A stretch of 64,000 bases of DNA, taken from contig CM120646.1 of assembly GCA_051362555.1 (NCBI GenBank), positions 12,710,001 to 12,774,000 of the forward strand. Reading direction: 5' to 3'. Positions 19,876-34,372 of this stretch are shown piece after piece. The stretch comes from Lingula anatina (lineage: Eukaryota > Animalia > Brachiopoda). How positions within the stretch are numbered: position 1 is the first letter of the stretch; every line of letters begins with the position of its first letter. Under the pieces are notes generated by a model. That model worked only from the letters and a program-made list of their open reading frames with translations, had not been told where the DNA came from and ran no database searches. The translations under genes were made by a program, and so were the position numbers.

Positions 19876-20903
19876 ATGAAGCTGCTGGTCGTTCTTGGAT
19901 GTGTTAGTCTGCTGTTTTCTTTTGCAATATTTAAAAATGCAGAAAGTAAGTTGAATAGAAAGATTGAAAAGGAATATTCATAGAAACGTGATAGATTTCC
20001 ATAACATTGTCAATTTCATTTCAGTAATGTTTCAATTACGTTAAGTTCAATACGATTTCAATGCTTGCTAGGTGAGTATTTTTCTAGCTACTTTTACATA
20101 CATATATGTACTTATCGGGCACAAACTATATATTTCAACCATTTGCCTGTGCCTTTAGCCAGTATTTCTTAATTACCAGCTTGATTACTCGTTTGTTTGA
20201 CAGTTCGTTTCTTTCCGATGCTTATATTCGTGTTTTTGTTATCTATCACCAGGTACACCCTTGAAGTGTTATGCATGTTCCTATCACCGGGACAACTCCA
20301 CCCGGCCCGAGGACTACTACTGTATTAACGACACGGAGAAGGTGGACACGGGGGAGAAAATAGTCACGTGCAGGGAGGGAGAATGGTGTAATACGCACCA
20401 AATAATTATAACAGGTACGAGACATACACACACTTTCTTTTTTGTTTCTGTTTTTGTGGCATGATAATTAAGTTCAATATATAGATAGTATTTATATATC
20501 TTTTGGCAGCCAAATTTAAAAGCTTTTTGTTTCATTTATTATCTGATCTTATAAATTTATTGACTTTTTTTCTACTCTTTTGAAGCATTTCACTTCAAAA
20601 CTGATGTTTCTTTCAGGAACAATGAACATCACCTCCTACTACAGAGGCTGCGGAAAGGACAAGACTGACTTTTGCACAGACGGAGCGGTCGGACATCGGG
20701 ATTGTGTGCGGGCCTGTGACACGTCACTGTGCAACAATAAGACCACGCCCATCGTCGATCCAGGCAGCACAACCACGGTCACAACTACAGCCGGCACCTC
20801 TACCACACCATCTGGGGCGTCCACTTTCCGCTTAACTGCAGGGGCCACTGGTATCTTTACAGTGACAGCGTCTTTGGGACTTTTTGTGAAATGGTTCATG
20901 TGA
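19876..20903 (+). CDS. Ly6/uPAR three-finger GPI-anchored protein, locus 3 (~172 aa, 3 exons)
   Basis: Exons 19876-19945 (MKLLVVLGCVSLLFSFAIFKNAE), 20253-20414 (LKCYACSY...YYCIND...TCREGEWC), 20617-20903 (RGCG...FC...DCVRACDTSLCN, Thr stalk, hydrophobic tail). Phase-1 GT-AG introns. Confidence 0.92.
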
Positions 20904-22055
20904 CAGTGAAATCTCAGTAGCTCCTGCGTAAAAACAACCAAGTTTTTCACATATTTTTATCTGGAATCAAGGATTGGCACTCGAGAATGTGATGATTGTT
21001 GCCATGCTTAAAATCTGTAAATGATTTCCAATTAGAATATTCGACCTGAAAAGAAGAGACTTGCAACTTGCCACCGTGACAAAGCACAAATAAATGCTGT
21101 TTGCAACTGTATTTAATCTACCAAAAGTTGATGAATTGCATATCGCTCACTATCTGTATTCTCAATTATTTCAGCTAATAATCGTGTTTGTTTCATGTGA
21201 TAGATATCAGTGTTGTTTTCTTAGACGCGGTAAGTTGAAATAAAATAAACAATAAATGTAAGTTAAACAGGACCCGCACGGAACTTAACACAAACTTTTA
21301 GGAAAGACGCAAATGCAATGTTAGTGCACCTAGGTACTTCTGTAGGTTTTAATAAGGATGGGAGGGGTCTTGTACGTTCATGATCATCATGAATTGATAG
21401 TATGGGAGAAATACAACTAAGCTTGGAGTCATTGGTATTTTGGTAATGAAAGCTGGATTGATTAATTCCCACTGATTTTATGTACCACTTCCACACTCCC
21501 AGCAGCAACTTTCGATATGCCAATGAAATGCACATTGATAAAGTTTTTTGTCTTTTCGTCCTATTGTTTTAACCATTAAAAATTCTTTTCTTCGGTTGCT
21601 TTTTCTTTAAATATAACTTTATAAAGGTTCACTTGTTCGTCCCTGCTTTCGAGAGGATGTTTTGAAATAATTATTCATTTACTTATATCTCAAACGGGTT
21701 TTATTTTCCCATTACACTTTAAGGTTTACCAGTTACAGATTCAGACACTTAGTTCAGCTCATTGATTTTCAAACACAGACACTGCCTGTTAAGTAAGTCT
21801 GTAAAAGTGACAAAAATGAAAGGAAAAATAAATTAATCGCTTCTCTAAGGGCTTACGATATTATAGTGTACAGTTGGACACAGTCCCATATGAGAAATAA
21901 AACAAATCTTGTTTCTATCGTCACGGGGCTAGGCACGCCATTAACCTAATTTTTCATCCTTTTTATCTCCTTTACGTCCCGTTTCTCTCACAGCATCTTC
22001 ATTACCGGTTTCCCCAAATGACCTACACTGCGATTATTTCTACGCGATATCCGCC

Positions 22056-23393
22056 ATGTTGCGTTTGCTGCACAGATTTCGTCTCAGGGACTTGTTTCAG
22101 TTGAGGTTAGTCAGTTTATTTTCCGTTCATTTCTTTTACAACAAAGTTGTGTGTGCATTACTAAGCTATCGTGCATTTCTAGGCCCTCAGAGTTATGACC
22201 AAGTGATGAAGTAATTTTTAAAGCAGTGTATACTGCATTATCTATGATAGTGCATATAACTTCAACAGAGGGGAGTGTATCAAGAACAAATCGTCGCGTG
22301 CAAGAATAGCAGGCGTTGAAGAGCATCCTCAGCATCCAACATTATCTTGATATTTAGGCTAGAGATTAAAAAATCTTTTGTATCAAAATTGAACAACATG
22401 TTATTTTTTACTTTCAGAACGGTCGTAGCGATTTTCACCTGCTTGAACCTGGTGCTGTGTACATATCTGGTGGTGACGAAAGTGAATAAAACTTTTGAAT
22501 CAGACAAAGACGATTCGCACGGAAGCAATGGACTGCCCCTGGATGTTCCAAAGTCCAAATCAGGAATCCCTCTCGTTTTACACCAAGTTTGGACCAACGT
22601 TAACGTCCCAGTTGCGTTCTCAAGTGTCATGAAAACGTGGGTTACCAACCAAGGTTCCTGGAGGAAATACTTCTGGGAATGGAAGGACGTGGACAAGCTG
22701 GTCGCCGCCACGCACCCGGAATTTCTGGAAGTGTTCCGCAGTCTGCCATCTCACCAAATGCGATTGGACATATTTAAGTACGTGTTGATGTACCGCGTGG
22801 GTGGTGTATATGCCGACATAGACATGCAGAGTCTGCGCCCCATGGATGATGTGTTGGACGCCCACCCGTGCATTCTCCCTACACATCAACACGTTGTAAT
22901 TGCCCACAATGGAGTGTTCACAGCGAGCGTCATTCTCCTCTGTCGGCCGGGACACCCATTCTTTAAAAAAGTCGTGGATTATTTTATCCAATTAGATCCC
23001 AAGTTGTTACGGACAAATGAAGACACCGGGGAACAGGTGTTTGGGCGCCTGGCCACGGAGTATATGAATGAAATAGGGACAAATCCAGCCACCGGGCCTC
23101 AAGACGCCTTGCATTTCGCCCAGGGCGACGAATTTCTCCCAAGGACCCTGATACCCAGAGCAACCTTACTAGAGACCTGCATGGAAAAGTTAACGGACGA
23201 TAACGTACCGGTGTGGATAAAGAACGCATGCGTGAGTCTGAAGACACGTGACTTCAACTCCTTCCTGCCTCCTGCAGCTTATACAGATCATCGTTTTGCA
23301 GGAATGTTTGAAGGGGACGCGGGAACAAAATATAATTTGAACATCACAATCCATGTTAAAGACGTTTATGGAAAATATTATGTAATATACTGA
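22056..23393 (+). CDS. Type II membrane glycosyltransferase, GT32/Gly_transf_sug DXD family (SUR1/OCH1/A4GALT-like), ~341 aa
   Basis: Exon 22056-22105 (CCGCCATG; MLRLLHRFRLRDLFQLR) spliced phase 2 to 22418-23393. Signal-anchor TVVAIFTCLNLVLCTYLVV; motifs IPLVLHQVW, RLDIFKYVLMYRVGGVYADIDM (DXD) and PGHPFF. Confidence 0.88.
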
Positions 23394-25907
23394 GATAATT
23401 GTTGATTCTGACAAAATATTTTAAAGTTGAACTACAGCTGATAAGATGTAACTTTTATAATAGAATATTTATTCCATTTTGAACGGGAAACAAAACAGAA
23501 AGAACAATGGACAAGAATACAATTAGTACTTAAACGATACCAGTTCTTGGTAATAGCAAATTCTTATTCTTTTGCGAAAGTTATTTTTCTTACAATTTTT
23601 ATTCAAAACATAAATACTAGTCACTGGTGTTGATTTTAAAAACCTTACTGCACGATTGTTTAAACATTACAATTATACCGGTATATCATGATACACACCA
23701 GGTGCAAGTTCGTATTTTTGCCACAAGTATTTGAAGCCACTTAGGTACACATTTATGACTGATATACAACCTTTGTGGTTAGAAATAAGAAATTAAATAT
23801 ATTCAAACGGGCGGTAACATTCAGCACACATTTATTTCACCTTGCCCTTTTAAAACATCTATCTGAATTCCCCTATTCTGAGTACCTCCACCAAACCACA
23901 TCACTTGTGAAATATTTATGTCAGGATGCTGAAATTCAAAAGTCTACAATTGACAGTAAATCAATCTAAATTATTCTGTTTGCATTTATTTGTTTGAGAT
24001 CCCCCTGTGGTTTGATGCCCTCTGTACCACAGATAAACACGATTGTACGCAGTGAGGGGTGACAGGCACACGTACACTGTATATTACGAACCTCTATCCT
24101 CTTCAATCATAAGGTACATTAATCCCCTATAATTTAGTATCATATCTTCCGAAATGCTTACCATTTCGTTTCATTTGCTTATCTATTATATCATTAATCA
24201 TGACATTTGTTGAAGTTGTTTATCTGTCTATAATTTCGTATTTTTTGTTTGTTTCTTTTTTTTAAACTCATTCATTTCTTTATCTATTTTCTTATTTATT
24301 TTTGCAGGGAATTCATGTAAAAACAACTTCACTTCAGCTAAGAGAGTAAAAGATAATGAATAACATATTTTAGGAAATGATTTCGACTTTGGGACTAAGG
24401 AGAGTCCAAAATTATCCATGTCATCTGGATATTAAGTGTTTGCGTGTGTGCAAAATTTTGATCTGCAGTATACTGTATTTTGAACAGTATATCTTTCAGT
24501 TTAATTATGATTTTTAGACGTTTACATTACATGAAGTGAAACTTGAACATAGAACTAACTCCCTTTGTCCCGTTTATCTTCAACATGAAAGGGATTCACG
24601 ACATTCAAAAACAACTGATGTTCTGTCGGCAAAGGTCGGTGCTTATAGGAAACATTATCTCCGCTGTGTTGTTTCCTTTCCAAGACCATTTGAAACTCAA
24701 TTCTGAATTTTCGTTTGATCAACGCTCCCCGAGGGTAGCAGGGTAGCTGTATTGATCATAAATACAATGTATGTGTCCATGTGTCTGTATCATTTCGTTA
24801 ATCTATCAAACCACCCGTTCAGCGTTTGTATGGCACATGATCTTCTGCGACAATATCGATGCACGCTATCGTCTGTGTGATGGGATAAACGAAAGCACAT
24901 GTCATCATATCAATGCATTGTTACGCAAAGCAATTAATGGATGTGGGTGTAGTCAAACAAACGTGAAACTGAAATGCTTTTTGTGGTGAAACCAGCTTGC
25001 TAAATGAACATGTACTTCCCTAACAGGAGGCTCCATTCAAATGTCCGGGCGTCTGTGTATATCAAAGAGTGTTTAACATCGAAGATAGGCTAATCTGGCG
25101 AGTCCCTATATAGGGGGAAAAGTATTTTCTAGAATTGTTTTACCATAAATTTCTCCATTGCAAGATGGGTAAAGATACTCAACACCCCCAGGTGGCAACA
25201 ATAAATTATCTTTAGCAAGCACGGGGGGGGGGGGGGTGTACGCTGCATTTCGAATTGTTACGATTTTGAGCAGCTGGTACGTCTCTTACGGCAACAGATC
25301 TACTACATGTGCATTAGTTAAGTGCAATGATACAACAGAAAAGCACTGAGAAAAGTAAGAAAAAAATAAGAAAATGAAACCACGTTTTGATGAAACAAAG
25401 CCACCCTTAGAATGATTGCCTCCTTAATGTCACTTCATTATTCGCCTTTTCTTTCAAGCCTTTCGCAAAAAAAATGATGAAATATATTTATTATGGGCAT
25501 TGGCGAAACACGAGTGCTTTACTCTGAATCTGTGAAACGCAATTAATCAGCAACTCTTCAAAGCAATCCGCGCAATCTATAAAACTAGGGAAACGTGCTC
25601 GTGATTAGGTCTGTCCCAAGATTATCCCCTAAATGACCATTATATCTCACATTATCCAACAATTAATACATGGCGTTTTTTTTTTTTTTTTTCAACACAC
25701 AATACCATTCAGGTATCGTGTACATAGGAAAGCAAGCTGTACTGCAAATTGACACGGTTTGTTTGGCGATATCAGGATACAGGTACTATGGAAACATTGT
25801 TATGGTGACAATTTCGTAACAAGTCGATTTTTTGTGACAAATATTTACAACTGTTTCATTTCCAAATTCGCCAGTCGTTCTCTTCGAAACTCCACCATCA
25901 AGTCGAC

Positions 25908-28900
25908 ATGTCTGAGATTAAGAGAAGGGAAGAAAGACAGATACGATTTGTAGATCCGGTGGTGTTTATTGTTGGTAAGTTCTTTGTGTGTGTGTGTGTG
26001 TGTATGTGTGTGTGTGTGTGTGTGTGTGCCATGTAGCGATTTTAGCCAGTGGGAATGAGCTGCGTTGTGTTTTATGCTCCGGTTTACAATGATGATGATG
26101 ATGATACTGAACTTGTCCATTTTTCGTCACGTTTCTTTAATCGGAGTAGGTCGAAGAAGGGGTATAAAACGATAGTCTATGCTGAAACTTGAGTTGACAA
26201 TGGCTCAAAAGTATACCAGTCAATTCTGTAAAAAAGTTTATGATAGTTCGGCACAGCAACCGCAGCAACCTTCTTTATTTAAACCCTGTATATCAGTTCA
26301 ACAAATCACCGGCTTATTGTTTTGTCATTTTTTTATTATAATTACATGAACGTCTGTGTAAAACTAGAGTCACATTCATTATTCTAAGTACGTTTATGCA
26401 TCATCCTTAATTTTATCCCTTTATAACAATTGTCTGTATGCGTCAAAGCTGTCTCCCAATACAAATTGCAGGCGTGCCAAAAATTGATGGGAGAGCACAA
26501 AGATAAGTTACACTACATAAAACATGGCAAACCCTTTTTCAGAGAATGGAGGATACTAGGATAAAAAATAGGTAAAAAATGGTAGATGAGGACAAATTTA
26601 AATAGCATGTGGGGCACAAGGCAAAAAGTTCCTCCGAAGCTAAACGAGGTGGGGACATGTGACTTACAAGCCCGTAGCCAGGAGGGTTCGGGGGGTCGAA
26701 AGAACCGCCCCTTTTGTCAGGAAAAGGTCCATTTTGGGTAAAATTTGATCTAGGTGCACATAAGTTTCTTTGTAAAATGTCCACTTTTTCAGAAAAAGAA
26801 CCGCCCTTTTGAATTTGCTGGCTACGGGCCTGGACTCACCTTCCCTCCTCCCTGACACCCACCCTCCCACTCACCCACCTCTCTGGATTTAGTAATGATA
26901 TGTCCACTGATCACAGTGCAAATTATACACCACCTAATCGTTTTGTTGAGAGCCCGGGACTCATTTTCATTCTCTTTTTACCTCTTTTCCACTATTCTTC
27001 GGCCATTATCATTTTGGTCTGCTAATGCCGCTTGTGGTCCATCAAAATTCACTGAACAATTGTAAATCAAAGTATACATAAGCTGTAATAAAGGTTTATT
27101 AGAGTCGTTACATGTTTAGGGGAAACAGGAAAGAATCATAGTGGAAAACACTATTTTGCCATTGTTTTTCCTGGAAAAGTTAATACAAAATATGAATGTG
27201 TGGGTGCTTATTCGTGTACGAGTTTTATGCCGGAGAATAGGTGGAAAGTTCATTTTAAACCGCTTTCCCAATCATCAATCATATTTGATGTGTATTGTTA
27301 GTTTATTAGGCAACCTGGCTGTCAACTGCAACAGTTAAAAGCAATGCTTTAGGTGGCGCTTTAAATAGTGTCACATTACATTCATGTTCATGATTCTACA
27401 TTATGAAAGCAATTTTCATTCATTCCATCGGGCTTGTCTTTTTGTTGTACAATACACTCTAGAAACCTGATTTCAGCATGCGTATCCTGTAAGATAATAT
27501 TATCACAGTTTTAGGCTGCACAGCTGCAATAGCCACCACGCTGCAAGCGAGCTCTACTGTTGCTTCAGATGCTCTCGACACCACAGTTTTCGAAGCTGAT
27601 TCAAACACCATAATCACGGCAACCTTATTCGTGTCAGGAATTACCCTTAAATCAGAGACAATTGCTACTACAAATCTAGACTCCATGGCAACAGTCTCTA
27701 CCACTCAGACACTGTCAGACGCTTTACATCCTGGCACAGTGGAACCCTCTGCTACGGAACAGGTGACAGTCTCCACAGCAACAGTGTCTCTTTTATGTGA
27801 CTTATGTGACTTTGCCACGACGCCAATAGAAACACCAATGGTAAATGGGATGGCAACAATGCCAACGGCGCAAGAGATGACAGCAATCCCGTTTACAACG
27901 TATGAAACAGAAACAGACCAGGTGGCAACAACGGCAGAAACAGTGTCGGTAGAGTTTTGTGACTCTTGCACAATGATGCCAAAAGGAACAAAAATGCCAA
28001 TGTTTCAAAAGACAAGAGAAACTCGGTGGACAACGGGCGAACCAGCGTCCACGCCGACTGTGCGAATGCTGGCAGAGGGGGCAGTGACGGCAACAGAAGG
28101 GGCACTAGGAAGTGAGTCGTCACCTGACTTTTGGGTCAGCGACAGGTTCACAGCTACAACTGCCCTGCCAACATCATCAATGAAATCAGACACTCTAGAG
28201 ACGCAAACAAGTAGAGTAGCAATACAGCAGGTCCCAACAACTGCCGCCACAACTGAAACTACTACAGAAATGACTGCGTCTACGACAACAAAGTCAATAA
28301 ACACGGTTGTGCTTTCAACAACGATGCAGCCGTTTGACGCGACAGCAAAGCCAAAAAGGGGGCCTAGACCAACTAGGAAAACAACAGCAGATTGGTTCTT
28401 AACTGTAACAACCACATCAGCCACAGTGACATCCCCATCTTCGAAAACACCGCAAAATGAAATTCTAACAACCGCCCAGCCTTCGGGAACTGCGCCCATA
28501 TCAGAATCTACCATGGGACAGAGCTCAACAGTGGAAGAACTGTTCACAACCGAAACAATCACAGCAACTACAGAGGCGTCTGCTTCCTTGCCACCCACTG
28601 TAAGTGAATTTTTAATAACGACCCAGCCCTCTGGAACTCCCCCAATGTCAATATCAACAACGAGCCAGAGCTTAACAACCTCAACAAGTACATCATTGGC
28701 AAACATCACTACGTCTTCGATTTCAACCACGGCTAGAATTTCAACCACTGCACTGCGCCATGCGCCGGGAACACGAAAACCACCAACGGCTCAGGGCTCA
28801 ACAACCGCAATTACCAAACACATTCCAAATACAGAGATGCCAGTACCTTCGTCAACGGACACCTCCTTGGCCTACACCGGTAGTGCAAACAGCACCAGTG

Positions 28901-29028
28901 TCACCGTTAAAATCACTACGGTCATCCTAAGCTCGGACCAGTTCGGGTACTCCAATTCAGAGTCCGGTTCTTTGCAAACTTCTTTATGTGTGCTATTGTT
29001 GGTTAATTTCATTATTTTAGCTGGTTGA
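25908..29028 (+). CDS. Thr/Ser-rich mucin-like cell-surface protein with GPI-like hydrophobic C-terminus (~526 aa)
   Basis: Large open exon 27515-29028 (ttttag|, phase 1), very Thr/Ser/Pro-rich, ending SGSLQTSLCVLLLVNFIILAG*. Candidate first exon 25908-25974 (MSEIKRREERQIRFVDPVVFIV, G|gtaagt, phase 1) is phase-compatible but less certain. AATAAA near 29182. Confidence 0.75.
26667..26832. mobile_element. MITE (~166 bp)
   Basis: TIRs CA(A/G)GCCCGTAGCCAG ... CTGGCTACGGGCCTG; internal AAGAACCGCCC direct repeat; flanks GACTTA/GACTCA resemble a target duplication. Confidence 0.75.
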
Positions 29029-30886
29029 ATTACCAAGCTTTCTTCTTATTTTTGACTTTTACCCAGTAACAATAGACATGCCACTCACATTTCACTGACA
29101 ATATCATCATTTTTGTTTTTAATATCAAGTGCTGTTCGACATATACTCATTTTCGGCGTTATGATGCTTTCTACCGATGTAAATAAAAGTATGTAGCAAA
29201 ATATATGTACATGTACATGAATGAATAATTTGCTATTTTTAAATCTCAACTTTGTCATTTCAATTTTTTATAATTTGTAATATCTAGCTCTTAAATTGTA
29301 AGGCGCATTGAGATTTTATATGGAATGTTGCATATAAAAATATAGCATTAATGTTCATATTATTATAATAATTATTATTATTTAATAATGAATTGTTTTT
29401 ACAAAAAAAAAAAAAAAGACAAGCATAAGCCGAATATTTTGGCAGTGTCGAAATTTATGTATGTTATTATTAGCAACTTAAATTTGAAGAGTATTTAAGC
29501 AAATTCAGAATATTCAACTTTCGGATTTTAAATTATCCCATTTAATAAAAATTTTCTCCTATTCTGGCTTCCTATGTAATAGTTTTTGTTCTAAACCTAT
29601 TTACTGTACCCTGGGGTTTTATACAGTAGAATCAAAACTGGACACCAATTTGGATACCAAGCTAATTTCTGGACCAGTTATAGGAAAGAACTCAAGTCCT
29701 CAAATTGAACTGGAGCTTTAGCCTCAAAATAAAGTCTACTTTGGCCAAAAGTGAACCAATAGTTGAATAAACTAAACGTGACGCTTGTTTCCTACCGAAA
29801 AGTACATAACTGCTATTCCAGAAAATGTCTGCTTTATTCAGTAGACTACTAAGAGTTGATCTTCACCTGAAATGCAATAAATCTTAGGTCTTACGGTTTA
29901 AAACAATGTTCAAGCTGAACCGGTCCAATGTAAATATAAGGTACTTATTTATACCTAAGCCCCAAAGTAAATAATAAAAATTACCTTAAGAGATACATAG
30001 GGAGTTGTCCCTAAAGTTGTGTCTTTTTGACGCATTCTAAGAAAAAATAAGAGGAAAAAACTACGAATAACTAAGGATGACATCTCTTCGTGTTACCCAT
30101 TTTTAATAAACCCTGTAATTACCAGTCTGGGTGTGAGAGTGAACACCCTGTTTCTTTTTTCTAGCCTTTCACGCCAAATAATAATATATCATTCACTTGT
30201 CACTGGGAACATACGTTATTATGATGTTTGATTGAAAAGACTTTCCCATTCCCCTCAAATAAGGGTAAAAAACATGCTTGGCTGTTAAGTAAAAAAATGC
30301 GCATTTAAAAGTTACCTGGAGTGCGGTGGGATAAGGCCATTGGATAACTTACAGAGCAAACAGTAATGTTTTTGATGGATGAAATATGCATTTAGATCAC
30401 TCCGGACTGTTTTTATTTTCGTTCTTCTATATTGTAATTTGAAGAATATGTCATTATCATTTTTATTCGTTTATTTCTATTACTTCTGGGTATGAACAGA
30501 ATCAAAGGAAGAAGCATAGAAATAATGGCGAAAAACAATAAAATCTCTATTTTGCATACTAAATGTCGCTTGAAAAGAAGGCATGTTAAAAAAGGCAGCC
30601 CCTGAAAAGGCGCTCTATTACACCCAACCGCATGGCAGGCTGCCACTGCAGTGACAAAGAGCTAGGCGTCGCCTTATTTACGAAGACTGAAATAACAATT
30701 GAATGCCTTGTGGCAGAGTGTTCTTTACTTTGCTAATGACTCAGTCTGACGTGCTATTCCGTGGCATATATCATTTTTTATGCTGCATATTTCATGCTTG
30801 GCATTTGCATTTCTATTCTGTGACACCTGTAAACATTTTAAAACCTATGTCGTTTTTTTTTTAATGAAAGCAACGTGGTTGATGCT

Positions 30887-33800
30887 ATGGAGATGCTAAA
30901 GATTAACATCGTGGCGGCTACTGTGAGTATATATCTGTTGTTTTAACATATGTTGTACTTTGGTTGATAATTATGAATTTTGTCATGTGCATAACAACTG
31001 TTTTTTTTTTTAAGATCTAAATAATGAAATACATAATCAACCTCGAATGTTGGCAAATGCACGTGTGCACGTAAAGTGTATTGATAAAAAATTGAATAGT
31101 TGGGTAATATTGTCGAGCACTCAGATGAGGGTCCTACAGCCCTGAATTTTTAATGTCAGCAGTTTTAATGGCAGCTGCTCGGAGTCCTATCATGACCATT
31201 TGTCGCATAACCTTGTTGCCATATCAAGGTCATTGAAAGGACTAAACAAATGACAAACTATCTGGCCTCTGAACTCAAAAATCCAAACGATTAGCAGTGG
31301 CGGATTCAGGGGTGTCACGGGGGGGGGGGGGGGTTGTCCTGACCCCTTCCCCTTTAATTTCTGAAAATCCAATGGTCCCCCTCTTGATATTAGAATTTTG
31401 ATGAATAATAGTTCTAAACCGTACCAAATGGTACCGTTCGCCCTCTAAAATACCAAAAAATTTTGGGGCCTTCTACGGGCCCCGAACCCCACGCCAAAGG
31501 GGGAGGGTGTCGGCTCCGCATCAGCGCCCCCCCCCCCCCCCCCCCCCCCCCCCCCGACTATTAAAATAAGCCTGGATCCGCACCTGAATATTACTTCTTG
31601 AATGTAACTTTGTGAAAATGTTCGGAACAGACTTTCTGTTGGACTTAAGTTTACTGAACAATTAGAAATCAGTTTGTTAGTTTAACATTAAATGTTTGAT
31701 TCTCTATCTGTACATATTCACCCATAAAGATGATATATTGGGATGATTGACTATAAAAGTCAATTCAAACAACAATTAAGTTAACAAAAAATTAACATTA
31801 AACTAGAACAGGTTCAAGTTACATGTATGACTGTTGTGAATGACCTTGAGATTTTTTAATCCCACCTTGTTATATGTACAACCTTTTGTATTTTGCATTA
31901 AATCCACAGGTGCTCTTCGTATACCTCATCATGGCGAAAGGCCAGCAATGCCCTCCGCCGGACATTCAACAGTTGCTGACAACCACCGTTCTCGGTTTTC
32001 GACAAGACCTTGAAAATCAACTCCAGGAGCACAGGGAAAACATAACAAGAGTTATAGAAGCCAACAATGGTCAGCTACTAATTGTGCATGCCTTGTATTT
32101 CATTTGATATTTCGGTATGGTACGGTATGGTATGGTATGGTATGCCTAGGGTATGGTATGGTATGGTATGGGAATTTCATTTGACTTTTGGGCTTAATGT
32201 ATAATTAGGAATTTGTTTTAAGTTTCATTTAAGTTATTTACTTATTTATTTATTCATTCATTTGTTCATTTATTTCCACATATTTATTGATACATATTTC
32301 TCGCTATTCATTCCGTTTCATATTGATTAGTTACCAGTTTCTGAACTCTACTTATTTTAATCTTTGTTTTCCATATCATTCCATTCATCATACAATCCAT
32401 TTCCATTTCAGACTGGCACAAAACAATGAGATTTGATTATTTTTTTCCGTATTCTTAATTTAGGCGATAAAACTGCCCCTGCAGTGAGAATGGCGGCAAT
32501 AAATATGATAGATGGATTCATCACGCTCTCTCAGACAGTTAAAGGAGAAGCAGGCGATCTTGTTCTCTGTCTGACAATAATTGGCGAGCAAGGTGAGCAA
32601 ACTGTGTTGTATTGAAATGTATCGAGGGCCTATTTCAAAAAATAAATTTAGTCCAAAAGTTGATCTTAATTCTTAGACCAAACTATTTGACTTTAGCTTT
32701 AGCTTTAGCTCATAATAGATCAATAGATCTCCATTCAATTGGCATATTGTGTTTGTTTCATAACAAGAAATTAAGACATGGCTAATTTTTCAGACCATTG
32801 GGCTTGTTGTCTTTTTTTAACTAGATTTTAATATTTGCAATAAAATGCACTTTATTTGATAAAAAAAGCTCTTTTTATTGTAATAATACATGTATCGCGA
32901 TATTATATTAACTCCAAATTGAAAGGTTCATATTTAGTTGAGTGAATTGAAAATGTCCACATGCATTTTCGTTTGATTTTACTCTTTGCTGGTGCTTGAC
33001 CAGATTACGTCTTCATGCAGTGTTGCCACCTTGCCAGTTCGATAGCAGAGCTAAAGAAAGCCACATGCTGATCAAACGTCATTGAGGTTTTCGGTAAAAC
33101 ACTTTCTCATTTTTCCTAGTGTATCGACCAAGGATAGAAGATTTCAGGAACTTCTTGCAGACGACAATTGGCAAGCTGAATACTATGAAATCCCGTATCC
33201 AGACATTATTGCCATCCAATAGGAAAAGGAGACAGACAGGGGGCGTCACTGGAGCCATATTGGATGCATTGCTTCAGTCTATCAAAGATTATCTCACAGA
33301 CATGCAATCATTCCTTGACAAATTTCTTGGACCCGAAGGTAGGATTTTATTCATTCACTTATCAAGTTGTTAAAACTTTTATTTATTTATTTATTCATTC
33401 ATTTATTTATTTGGATTTTCTCTTTCATTGACTTAATTATGTTCTTTTAATTCATTCATCTTATTACTATTCATTAACAGAACAATAGATCCATTAATTG
33501 TATTCCTCGAAGTGTGCCGGTTATGTCTAAACTTAGAATACGCATATGTCATACCTGTCTATCAAATTAAAGTTATAAAATTGTTTGCCATTTTTACAGC
33601 CGTCGTAGTCATTTTTGTGTATAATTGGTTAACCAGTTTATACTTTTATTCTGACCTTCAGCAAACTACGCATGCAGAGTCGACCCTGATGAAATTTTCC
33701 TCACTGTTTACGATGGCATCGGCTTCGATGTGCGCAGCGTCTTTGTGGAGAACTATAAAGGCCATATGGGGTGTGAGGCGGTAGAAGGAGATGGCAGTTT

Positions 33801-34331
33801 TGCCACGCCTTTCACCCTGTCAATCAATACGAGCACCTGTGGAGTAGCGGTGAGCGTGGTTTATGGTGTCCTTGACGCCTGATTTTGGGTGTTGGTTTAT
33901 TGTAAAGGTATGGCTCTAAAAGTGCCTGTTGTTTTCAGTTTTGGTATTGAACTAAGGTTGTGCACTGTTCAGTTAATTCTATTTTAGTACATAAAATTAT
34001 TTTTCCTGGACTAGTGTGTTCAAATCAGGACGAAAAAGAATTTTACATTTACAATACAAGTATAAGATAACTTTCTGATTTTTTACACATCTCGCAAAAG
34101 AAACAAACGCCTGCAAAAGTTGAAATGTTTTCTTCCTTGTTCTCAGGGCAACGGTACAACAGCAGCGCCATATACGGTCAAAGTCCTAGCAACGAGGAGT
34201 GACGTCATCATCAGCTTGTCCGACTTTGAGTTTGTCTTAGCATGCAATGGTAGCACGTCCACCCAAACTTCAACCAACGTCACTACAGATGGCGCCAGGT
34301 GCCCCTATCTTCCACTCTCTCTCTCTTTTCC

Positions 34332-34372
<41 letters not shown>

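Noticed and set aside
28005-28748. 247-aa Val-rich minus-strand ORF
   Set aside because: Antisense shadow of Thr (ACN) codons in the mucin exon.
33222-33338. Class I viral fusion protein interpretation of RKRR-QTGGVTGAIL plus heptad helix
   Set aside because: Superficial only. Paralog B has an acidic, non-fusogenic sequence after its basic sites, and the downstream region is a ZP module.
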